Part shown: one piece after another, positions 56,286 to 63,998 of the stretch
Position numbering within the stretch: the first letter of the stretch is position 1
Layout: every line of letters starts with the position of its first letter
Source of the DNA: a virus
Taxonomy: Duplodnaviria > Caudoviricetes
Direction: 5' to 3' (one strand)
DNA length: 64,000 nt
Virus record (IMG/VR): IMGVR_UViG_3300034102_001739
Span: 741-64,740 of that record
Notes under the pieces: generated by a model
Told to the model about the DNA's origin: nothing
Seen by the model: only the letters and a program-made list of their open reading frames with translations
Database searches by the model: none
Translations under genes and position numbers: made by a program

Positions 56286-56333
56286 TTAATCAGCTTCAGG
56301 TGGAATTACCACCACTATTGGTTCTTTTTCCAT
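56286..56333 (-). CDS. putative 15-aa micro-ORF
   Basis: MEKEPIVVVIPPEAD*, fits between the two fiber genes with 1 and 3 nt gaps. Confidence 0.4.
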   Translation of the reverse strand: MEKEPIVVVIPPEAD

Positions 56334-56334
56334 A

Positions 56335-58542
56335 CTATTCTTTTAATAAAATTGTTACTAGAAAGTCCGCACTAGGTTTGTAGTTAGCTTGTAATACAAT
56401 GCTTCCATTGCTAACAATGCTGTACGGTTGAATATCTGCAGCTAGTACAACGCTTTCTTGATTCATTGGAATTATGTCAGCATTGTGATTTTCTTTGATT
56501 TTTACATTACTGATAGTATAAACCCACACAGAACCGTTCCAAGTCCACCCTGCAGATGCTATTGTTAACGATGCTAGAGTTATGGTCTTTGACGCTACTG
56601 TTTCAAAACTGATTGTTGGGGCGTTTTTTATACTGAAATAATCCAACATCTTGTTATCTCTAGGCTCTACTAAGTTTGGGTCGTTATAGATTCCATCCAC
56701 CACACCTCTTGACCTTTTCCAATACTTAGGGTCGAATGTAGGGTAGTTAGTAGCTATGTATGAGTTAAGGATTGACCAATCAGCCAGTGTAAATACTCTC
56801 CAACCTCCTGAATTAATCAAACCTGCGTTTGACACCACCCAAGATGAATAATGGTAACCATACATTCTTACAGCCGTGTATTCTGAAGTAATTGTCGATG
56901 GTTGGGGCAACGCTCTATCTATGGGATTAACTATTCTACCGAACAAATACCCAGTACCTGCAGGTGTTCCCCATGAAGCATAAGGAATTAGTGGGATATC
57001 AGTTCCATCTTCTAACCTAGTAGTCATAAGATTTTCCCTCATCCACATTTGTGTACCTATTTTTGTCCCTGAATACCAATTTCCGTCTACATCTTTCCAT
57101 ACTTTTTGGAAAATGGTGCCGTCTGGTAACATCATTTCTTCCGCAGTGGCCGCTCTTATACCTCTAGTACCGCTACCGTTTCTAGGTGCACTGTTTGTTG
57201 TAGTGAATTCCTGGTTATCGAATCCTCCAACAGCTTTTTTAAACTCTGCAGTCCACAGATAAAAACCATACCCTAAAGGAGGTTCATAATATGGAGTTTT
57301 CCCTGTCACAAAACCGTTAGCGCACAAATTAAAGTTCAAATTGTCTGCATTAGGTCTTACTGTGTTGAAGTGTAAATTGTATGCTGGTTCATCCCAAGTA
57401 TAGCACCAATGAGGGTGGGCTGTGGTATTCTTGGCTTTGAAGTCCTGCATTTTCAAGTCTGCAAGTTTTCTAAAGTAATTTCCGTCTTCTATTACTGGTT
57501 TAGGATTTATATTAGTAGCTATGAAATTACCCATAACAACATAAGGTATTCCATCGTTAGTGAATACGTCGTTTATTTTTATTTCCCCCTCTGTAAAGGC
57601 TTCGTACTCCCCCCGATTTCTAAGTCTCTCAGATAAGTCATCCACGTACCAACTAGTCCAACCATCCAATACTGTATATTTTCTTCTATAACTTACTCCA
57701 GCCGAATTTACTCCCTCTTGATAATATGTTCCCCCATTTCCAGCGTTTTCTGCTACGAATACTCTGACAATGGTTCTGTTAGGAGCCCCGAAATATGTTG
57801 TCATAGAGGGAACACTTTTAGCTACCACTATACCGTTGCTTACTTGAAAACTGTCTAACTCTTCGTCCGTGGTAACTATGGTACACACCTCAAAATCCGT
57901 TAGTGTCTCTTCTTCAGAGTTGTACATAGAGTATAACTTGACACCTTGTGGTGTTGTTACCTCGTAAATCATATCCTCCGAAGTCTCTAAAGAAGCTCTA
58001 TACGCTTTGACAACATAAACAAGTTCCTCTCCCAATGCTGTTACTAAACCCGGTTCACTACCTGTAACGATTAAGGCTGTTGCTGAGTTACTAGATATAA
58101 ATCGGGCGTTTAATATTTTCAAATGGAATCCTACTAAATCGTCGTAGCTACCTATGATTGGAATTGGGGAGTTTACCACGACTTTTGATAAGTCTGCTTC
58201 GTCCATCACAATAGTAGTACCATTCCACCAATAGTCAGGAACATCTGTTTCCTCTAACAGAAATTTATCTCCTACAAGGAGTGTCTCCACATTTTCGGGA
58301 ATAGCCAGCCAGTCTAACATGTCTTGTTCTGTTACAAATGGTCTGTTTGTAGTTTTTCCGGAAGCGATCCGTAGAACCTCGTTAATAGCGTCCACTATAT
58401 TCTTAGACAATGTTTCCAAATCTTGAGAACTGGAATACTGCATTAAGTCTAGTTCCGCTATAATAGCATTTATTGTATTGTTCAGGTTTTCCCTTACAAC
58501 ACTTCCCCTATCTAAATTTTGTATCTCTGTAAATGGTATCAT
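56335..58542 (-). CDS. tail fiber/RBP with circularly permuted FISUMP (Fib_succ_major) domain
   Basis: LETLSKNIVDAINE fiber motif; KDVDGNWY..TKIGTQMWMRENL, YGYHY, GWRVFTLADW; start moved to the ATG at 58542 because the TTG lies in the -7 box. Confidence 0.75.
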   Translation of the reverse strand: MIPFTEIQNLDRGSVVRENLNNTINAIIAELDLMQYSSSQDLETLSKNIVDAINEVLRIASGKTTNRPFVTEQDMLDWLAIPENVETLLVGDKFLLEETDVPDYWWNGTTIVMDEADLSKVVVNSPIPIIGSYDDLVGFHLKILNARFISSNSATALIVTGSEPGLVTALGEELVYVVKAYRASLETSEDMIYEVTTPQGVKLYSMYNSEEETLTDFEVCTIVTTDEELDSFQVSNGIVVAKSVPSMTTYFGAPNRTIVRVFVAENAGNGGTYYQEGVNSAGVSYRRKYTVLDGWTSWYVDDLSERLRNRGEYEAFTEGEIKINDVFTNDGIPYVVMGNFIATNINPKPVIEDGNYFRKLADLKMQDFKAKNTTAHPHWCYTWDEPAYNLHFNTVRPNADNLNFNLCANGFVTGKTPYYEPPLGYGFYLWTAEFKKAVGGFDNQEFTTTNSAPRNGSGTRGIRAATAEEMMLPDGTIFQKVWKDVDGNWYSGTKIGTQMWMRENLMTTRLEDGTDIPLIPYASWGTPAGTGYLFGRIVNPIDRALPQPSTITSEYTAVRMYGYHYSSWVVSNAGLINSGGWRVFTLADWSILNSYIATNYPTFDPKYWKRSRGVVDGIYNDPNLVEPRDNKMLDYFSIKNAPTISFETVASKTITLASLTIASAGWTWNGSVWVYTISNVKIKENHNADIIPMNQESVVLAADIQPYSIVSNGSIVLQANYKPSADFLVTILLKE

Positions 58543-58563
58543 ACGATTAGTATTTATTCGCTT

Positions 58564-58594
58564 CAAAGGTAATAAATTATTTACCTAATTACAA
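58564..58594 (-). promoter_or_regulatory. Bacteroidota sigma-A-type promoter for the fiber/lysis operon
   Basis: TTG-N20-TACCTTTG. Confidence 0.65.
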
Positions 58595-58613
58595 GTGTAA
58601 TAACCTTAAAATA

Positions 58614-58650
58614 GAAAAAGGACGAACCCAATTTTTGGGAACGCCCTTTC
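58614..58650 (-). terminator. probable intrinsic terminator after queE
   Basis: Imperfect hairpin aaaggacg..cccaa/ttggg..cgcccttt with a T-run on the minus strand. Confidence 0.55.
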
Positions 58651-58676
58651 TACCGAAAGTTGTAGAGTCTGTCAAC

Positions 58677-59384
58677 CTACAAATTTTTTGGAATTGTCAT
58701 TTCTTTGATGATGTCTTTAGCCTTATCCTGTAACATCATAAACTTATGAGTCTGCATATTTACATACCCGGTAAATTTTCTTTCTCTTAGAGTTTTTAGA
58801 AAATCTACTGTACTAATTTTAGAACCCCAATATAGTCCAAGGGCTATGTTTACTCTCTTATTAGGAATACTCTCTATAAGAGTAAAGGCTTCCTCTAAGT
58901 CTTCCTCCGAATTTACCACGAATTTTATGAAGTCTTTGTCGTTTAGGATTCCTACGTTTTTGTTTAGGAAACTTCCTCCCTCTCCAGTACTTGCCAATTT
59001 GTAATCTACTACAAAACTGACATTTTCTAAATCCCTATACGGAGAAACGTCCATACTTCCATTTGTTTCTACTACGACTTTAAATCCTAAATTGGATAAT
59101 CTTTGTAGTAACTCCGTAGGTCTAAACATAAGAGGTTCTCCTCCAGTTAGACAAATTACATCGTTACCATAGTCTTCCAATTTATCTATGATTTCGTTAA
59201 GGGTTAGACTGTCTCCTTGATGTTTTTCTAAAGACTCTGGAGTATCACATAAAGTACCCATTGTGTCTAGGTAACATCTTAAATTACACCCGGCTAGCCT
59301 TACGAAAGTACAAGCTACTCCTATTCCGTATGTGTTTACCTCTCCCATGAAAGATGGGTAAATCGTATTTACTTTAAAATCCAT
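58677..59384 (-). CDS. queE: 7-carboxy-7-deazaguanine synthase (radical SAM)
   Basis: SFMGE, FVRLAGCNLRC-x8-CDT, LTGGEPL, ETNGS, DYKL, IKFVV, QTHK. Confidence 0.9.
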   Translation of the reverse strand: MDFKVNTIYPSFMGEVNTYGIGVACTFVRLAGCNLRCYLDTMGTLCDTPESLEKHQGDSLTLNEIIDKLEDYGNDVICLTGGEPLMFRPTELLQRLSNLGFKVVVETNGSMDVSPYRDLENVSFVVDYKLASTGEGGSFLNKNVGILNDKDFIKFVVNSEEDLEEAFTLIESIPNKRVNIALGLYWGSKISTVDFLKTLRERKFTGYVNMQTHKFMMLQDKAKDIIKEMTIPKNL

Positions 59385-59832
59385 TTCTTACTTCTTCTTT
59401 AGTTATGTATTTATTGACTATTACTCTCTCCCTAAACTCCGGATAACTCTTAACGAAAAGGGCTAGGCTTTTTATTAATACCTCCCTCTCTAATGGGTCT
59501 TTTGGTTTAAATGCTTTTGTAGGTAGTAACATTCCCTCTAGTGCCGATAGACGTTCTATCTTACCCATTGCTAGGTATCTTTGGGACAGTAATTTTATTC
59601 TACCATAACCGTCTAAACTACATCTTACTACTGAATAATACGTCTGCTTCTTGTAGTAAGAGGTTAGCTCCGCCATCAATACTGCTGCTAACTCTGGATG
59701 TACTTTTCTACACATACTTTTAGTACCCTCGATGTACTCCCTTGTCGCTTTTAAATCCAGTTCCGATACTACTCCTTTGACTTTGTGTTCTACGTTAGAC
59801 CCTACTAGGAATCTGTAACTACTTTCTGCCAT
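59374..59832 (-). CDS. hypothetical protein in the deazaguanine operon
   Basis: 152 aa ORF overlapping queE. Confidence 0.7.
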   Translation of the reverse strand: MAESSYRFLVGSNVEHKVKGVVSELDLKATREYIEGTKSMCRKVHPELAAVLMAELTSYYKKQTYYSVVRCSLDGYGRIKLLSQRYLAMGKIERLSALEGMLLPTKAFKPKDPLEREVLIKSLALFVKSYPEFRERVIVNKYITKEEVRNGF

Positions 59833-59835
59833 TTT

Positions 59836-60531
59836 TTATTCTTTTTTAGGTTTCTTTCTAGGAGACGCTGAAGCTATAACAACTGCTTCCTCTATTTGTT
59901 TTTGGGGCTCTTCTTTAGGGGGTGTTGGGGCAAATAATTTTGCTAGAATACCTCCTCCACTTCCTCCTGCTGGTGAAGAAGCATCTATTTTTAAAGAGAA
60001 ATGTTCTCTCCCCGCATTTACTTTGGACATTACCAAATTACTAAGTCTATCTAGTTCCCCCGATAGATTAGCATCCGGTACTCCTCCGTCTATTTTCTCG
60101 TACACAGACGCTCTTTTTACCCTCTCGTATTGTACCTCTACTAAGAACGTATAAAAATCGTCAGGTGTTTCAGGTGTCTGCCCTCCCCATTCTATACCAC
60201 AAACGAACCCTGATTTAAACGAGGGGCATTTGTCGTACATATAACACGAGTCACAATTTACGCCTATTCCGACTACTTCCCTCATAGGAATTTTTGGACG
60301 TTCTTTGACTATGAGTTGTTCAAAAGTCTCGTCCCAAATATCCATTGGATTTCCTACTATCCTAGATAGGTAATACTCCTTACATTCCTCTAGGTCACTG
60401 TCTGATTGTTTACAAGTAATACACTCAGGATATTCTCCTGTTATAAAAAACGGACAAAGGTGTTTCTTTAGAGTAGTACTCTCCTCCGCCATTTTTATAA
60501 TCTGTATTCTCGACTTAACGCTTTCTTTCAT
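59836..60531 (-). CDS. Cys-rich metal-binding protein
   Basis: LCPF..ECITC..EC and CDSC.....CP......C clusters; overlaps the dpdA-like gene. Confidence 0.7.
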   Translation of the reverse strand: MKESVKSRIQIIKMAEESTTLKKHLCPFFITGEYPECITCKQSDSDLEECKEYYLSRIVGNPMDIWDETFEQLIVKERPKIPMREVVGIGVNCDSCYMYDKCPSFKSGFVCGIEWGGQTPETPDDFYTFLVEVQYERVKRASVYEKIDGGVPDANLSGELDRLSNLVMSKVNAGREHFSLKIDASSPAGGSGGGILAKLFAPTPPKEEPQKQIEEAVVIASASPRKKPKKE

Positions 60532-61450
60532 ATTTACCTGCCTCTTTATTTGTTAGTAACAAATTAGCTATTTTTATGTACTCTTTTCTGAACCCTAACC
60601 ATGCCAATAAGTTCATTCTATTAACATCGTCTCTGTGATCCTTTTTCGTTACTTTTGAGAAATCTACTCCAGCCTCCTCGTATTTTATTCTCTGCCCCTT
60701 ACGCCGAAATTTTTGTTTGGTATCCCAACTCTTGAAATTTTTACCGTCGTAATTAAAAGTAGTTCCGTATCGTACTCCACTTAACCAAGACGTAGAATCC
60801 ACGCTAAAAAATGGATACCTCCGTAATATTCTTATCTCTGTCCATGCGAATCCATGTACTCTTACCTTGTATTTTTTGGCCAGTAGAAAGAATCTGTGGG
60901 CGAATTTCTTTTGACTTTGATTTATACCTACGTATTTATACTTTTTACAGTACTCTTCAAAATGTTCGATACCGTGTGGGTCTATGCTCTCGTCCTCGTG
61001 TGCTACATAAACTACGTCAACTATTTTTTCTAGGGGCTCAAAGTATTTTTTATTCCACTTTCTTACTATCTCCCTACCCACGATTTTATCTAAGTCTAGG
61101 TTAGCGACTACGTAGATATACTCACTATGCGCTCTAACCCATGCGACATACTCCTCCAAGTAGGGAATCCAATACTCTTCTTTGCGCATTTCCTCCACGA
61201 ATCCTGTCGCCATAAAGGAGAACGCTCCAGAGTCCGTCATAAACAAACCACCCTCCGATTTTAAAAACGGTAGTACTTCATCATAGTAGGTTAGACCTTT
61301 TCTAATGTAGAAGTAAGAAACTAATATCTCCCTAATACCAAACGCTACTAATTGTTTAGTATCTCCTACTGACGACGCTGAAAAGAACATTACTCCTTTG
61401 TTTTTATTCTTATCGTAGTAACCCTCTTGCTCTTTTAACTTCTTCAACAT
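60515..61450 (-). CDS. dpdA: DpdA/TGT-like 7-deazaguanine transglycosylase
   Basis: ILVSYFY, FMTDSGAFS, ANLD, VHGFA, FSVDSTSW...RYG; flanked by queC and queE. Confidence 0.8.
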   Translation of the reverse strand: MLKKLKEQEGYYDKNKNKGVMFFSASSVGDTKQLVAFGIREILVSYFYIRKGLTYYDEVLPFLKSEGGLFMTDSGAFSFMATGFVEEMRKEEYWIPYLEEYVAWVRAHSEYIYVVANLDLDKIVGREIVRKWNKKYFEPLEKIVDVVYVAHEDESIDPHGIEHFEEYCKKYKYVGINQSQKKFAHRFFLLAKKYKVRVHGFAWTEIRILRRYPFFSVDSTSWLSGVRYGTTFNYDGKNFKSWDTKQKFRRKGQRIKYEEAGVDFSKVTKKDHRDDVNRMNLLAWLGFRKEYIKIANLLLTNKEAGKYERKR

Positions 61451-62135
61451 ACTTTACTGGTAATTTTCCACCGTATTTAATTCTCTCTAAAACCTCTTTT
61501 TGTAACGACTGGATACTTTTACTTGTTATCCGTTCCTCGAATAATTCGGGGTCAAATATGTTATTATTAACTAGTGCTACGGCTTTATTTAAACAAGGAC
61601 GACATTTTCCGCATCCTTTGTGACTTTTTGAATCGTAGCAAGAACGTATCTGTTGTACCTTAGGGATAGGCATTCCTCTCTCAATTACTTCTTTTACCAT
61701 TTCCGATTTTGTCAAGTCTCTGAAAGGTACTAGAAAGCTAAAGTTTTTACTCTCCCAACCCATGTCTGCCTCACAGTTACTATTTAGATGCCTAAACAAC
61801 GTCATTGTCCGTTTAATAAACGTATCGTCCTTATCAGGAGCATCATCAGAGGCGTTTAGTCCTAAATATACGTGTTGCCCATACTGCATAGCTATAGTTA
61901 ACAGTAGTAAATTTCTATAAGGTAGATATTTACTTTCTCTCTCATACTCACCTATTGGTAACTCTTTTATGAGTAACCTGTCTTGGTAGTGTTTAGGTAA
62001 AGTCTTTAGGAAAGCTATCTCTACTTCTGAGTAAGATGTCTTCATATCTACGTATAGTAAAACGTCAGGACTTATTAGAAATTCTTGTAGTGTGGAGTCA
62101 AATCCTCCAGAAAATAATAATACTTTTTTCTCCAT
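61410..62135 (-). CDS. queC: 7-cyano-7-deazaguanine synthase
   Basis: LLFSGGFDS PP-loop, PYRNL, TKSEMV, SCY...GCGKCRPC zinc site. Confidence 0.88.
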   Translation of the reverse strand: MEKKVLLFSGGFDSTLQEFLISPDVLLYVDMKTSYSEVEIAFLKTLPKHYQDRLLIKELPIGEYERESKYLPYRNLLLLTIAMQYGQHVYLGLNASDDAPDKDDTFIKRTMTLFRHLNSNCEADMGWESKNFSFLVPFRDLTKSEMVKEVIERGMPIPKVQQIRSCYDSKSHKGCGKCRPCLNKAVALVNNNIFDPELFEERITSKSIQSLQKEVLERIKYGGKLPVKYVEEVKRARGLLR

Positions 62136-62152
62136 AGTTAACTTAATATAAT

Positions 62153-62178
62153 AAAAGCTCCCTAATTAGGGAGCTTTT
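62153..62178. terminator. perfect-palindrome intrinsic terminator
   Basis: aaaagctccc-taatta-gggagctttt. Confidence 0.8.
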
Positions 62179-62202
62179 CAAAATCTGACTTCTTTCTGAA
62201 TC

Positions 62203-62313
62203 TTACGATTTAGAGCCTGTCTTTGGTGTTGCGGCTGCTGGAGCAGTAGCTTTTCCACCTTTTCCACCTTTTCCAGTAGCTACGGCTGCTGTTTCTTTTT
62301 TACCTTTTGGCAT
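62203..62313 (-). CDS. 36-aa K/G/A/T-rich histone-tail-like peptide (not in ORF track)
   Basis: MPKGKKETAAVATGKGGKGGKATAPAAATPKTGSKS; own promoter upstream and terminator downstream. Confidence 0.7.
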   Translation of the reverse strand: MPKGKKETAAVATGKGGKGGKATAPAAATPKTGSKS

Positions 62314-62385
62314 GGTCTTAAAGTATTAAAAATTTTTAGGCAGTATTATTTTATAATCGATTAGCCTTTATAACCGAAAGCGAAA

Positions 62386-62417
62386 CAAAGATAACGTGTC
62401 CGTATCTTATTTGCAAA
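62386..62417 (-). promoter_or_regulatory. Bacteroidota sigma-A-type promoter
   Basis: TTTG-N20-TATCTTTG, perfect consensus. Confidence 0.8.
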
Positions 62418-62433
62418 TTTTTCAGCTTCTTTT

Positions 62434-62715
62434 TTACGTAGAAAGTAAAAGAATTTTTAATTCTATTGCCGTCATTTCCCCATCTGCCTCTTGGAATGAG
62501 GGGTTTAGTAGTACATGAGTACCCTTTCGAGAGAAAAATTTGTTACTAATAATTGACGCTTTTACGGCTTGGTTAAGTGCCCCTGCGCCAATTACTCTAA
62601 GAATAACCACTTTATTTGGGTTATCTTGAAAGGCTGAGTTGATACTTCCTGCTAATTTGTTAGCGTCTGTCGATGACTTACATCTTAATACGATTGGATT
62701 GTTTCCGGTTTCCAT
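62434..62715 (-). CDS. spoVS: SpoVS-family (Alba-like fold) protein
   Basis: LAGSI...VIGAGALNQAVKA...PSF...MTAI, the SpoVS signature. Confidence 0.85.
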   Translation of the reverse strand: METGNNPIVLRCKSSTDANKLAGSINSAFQDNPNKVVILRVIGAGALNQAVKASIISNKFFSRKGTHVLLNPSFQEADGEMTAIELKILLLST

Positions 62716-62768
62716 TGTAGATACTTTTTAATTTTTGCCCCTTATTCCGCAAATATAACTACAAATCT

Positions 62769-63176
62769 TTATAACTCCTCGTATTCTCTTTTTATTTTTA
62801 CTAATTTCTCCAAATCTTCGGGTCTTACTACAATTAAATACCCTTTTTCGCCTTTTTGTTTTATAGCTACTACGGGAATTTTTTTCTCCTGCCTAGCCTT
62901 ATCCTCCGTGTCCTTGAATAAAGACCACAGAGAAAATTTATTTCTAACCTTACACTCGATGTAAATTTTTGGGTGTAGTGAGTCACTATTAGTAGAGTGC
63001 CCACTATTACTACCTGATAAGGGTACTCGTCTAGTCCCAAAAAATTTGGCTACTACTCTCTCGAAACCTTTCCAACAATTTTTAGAGGTAGGATTTTTCA
63101 CTACCACGTTATTCTTACGAATTTGTTCTCTGGTTACTTTTACCCTTTTTAGTACTTTCCCTGTTCTAATTGGCAT
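62769..63176 (-). CDS. Holliday junction resolvase (Hjc-like PD-(D/E)xK)
   Basis: KGFERVVAKFF...SGS...SD...IECK...EKKIPVV. Confidence 0.8.
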   Translation of the reverse strand: MPIRTGKVLKRVKVTREQIRKNNVVVKNPTSKNCWKGFERVVAKFFGTRRVPLSGSNSGHSTNSDSLHPKIYIECKVRNKFSLWSLFKDTEDKARQEKKIPVVAIKQKGEKGYLIVVRPEDLEKLVKIKREYEEL

Positions 63177-63414
63177 CTTCTAATAAGTGAGGGGGAATAT
63201 TTTCTTTGAACATTGGACAGCTAGGTGTTATTCCTTGGAAGTATCCCATGGCTTCCTCGAATAGAGACTCTAGGATATTGTCCCTGTCCCTTACTAGTTG
63301 TGTGGGAACGGTCTTCAATTCATCTATGTGGCTGGATAGTTCCTCTACTATTGAAACTCTCGTATCCTCTTGTGAACACGGAATGTTAGTCTTGATAAAC
63401 TCTAGTATTTTCAT
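63166..63414 (-). CDS. hypothetical protein
   Basis: 82 aa ORF. Confidence 0.6.
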   Translation of the reverse strand: MKILEFIKTNIPCSQEDTRVSIVEELSSHIDELKTVPTQLVRDRDNILESLFEEAMGYFQGITPSCPMFKENIPPHLLEDAN

Positions 63415-63502
63415 AGTCTTTTGTTTTAAAAGTGGTAAGGGGGAGGTGTCAAAAACCCAACGCCTATGTTTCTTTTTAGTTTATGGATTACTCCCCCTAA
63501 AC

Positions 63503-63808
63503 CTACTTTATTTTTAGATCCATTATTAATAATCTCTTTGGGATTCCACTCCCCTCAAATTCTTGATAATTTTGCGCTCCCGATAAATAATTTAGAGTTA
63601 CTCTCCTTACATTACCTATCGTGTCTAGTAAGTGTTGGAACATTTCATCTGATACCTCGTGGTTTAGCCTTAACAAATAAGTAACTCTACCCTCTACTAA
63701 GATTTGACTAGCCTTAGTGCCTAGTAGGATTATCACTCTTCTACTATCTACGTCAACTATCTCTATCTTCCGTAGGTGTATTAATTTTGCTCCGGCTATT
63801 GTGTACAT
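63503..63808 (-). CDS. hypothetical protein
   Basis: 101 aa ORF. Confidence 0.6.
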   Translation of the reverse strand: MYTIAGAKLIHLRKIEIVDVDSRRVIILLGTKASQILVEGRVTYLLRLNHEVSDEMFQHLLDTIGNVRRVTLNYLSGAQNYQEFEGSGIPKRLLIMDLKIK

Positions 63809-63809
63809 A

Positions 63810-63998
63810 CTATCTCCTCAGCAAAAATTTATATTTTACACACGGTGCTCTATACTCTACGACTATGAACTCCTCCCCACTGTTACTTCTCTCTAGTAGG
63901 ATATTTACTTCCTGTGAGTACCTTACACTTCTAGCCGTATAATACGTTTGAACTTTGCCCACGCCTCTAAAGCGATTTTTACTTATGACTTTATAAGT
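63810..63998 (-). CDS. 3' end of a hypothetical protein (partial)
   Basis: Frame open from the window edge (TYKVISKNRF...) to a TAG at 63810. Confidence 0.5.
   Translation of the reverse strand, partial: TYKVISKNRFRGVGKVQTYYTARSVRYSQEVNILLERSNSGEEFIVVEYRAPCVKYKFLLRR

Noticed and set aside
54585-58542. Diversity-generating retroelement acting on the fibers
   Set aside because: No reverse transcriptase and no template/variable repeat pair seen in this window; cannot be excluded elsewhere in the genome
58543-58566. TTG start given in the ORF track for the fiber gene
   Set aside because: The TTG is part of the -7 promoter box; the ATG at 58542 is more plausible
2383-63684. Plus-strand ORFs in the track (e.g. 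3408, 5856, 27350, 31485, 51482)
   Set aside because: Antisense shadows of well-supported minus-strand genes, with no motifs or promoters
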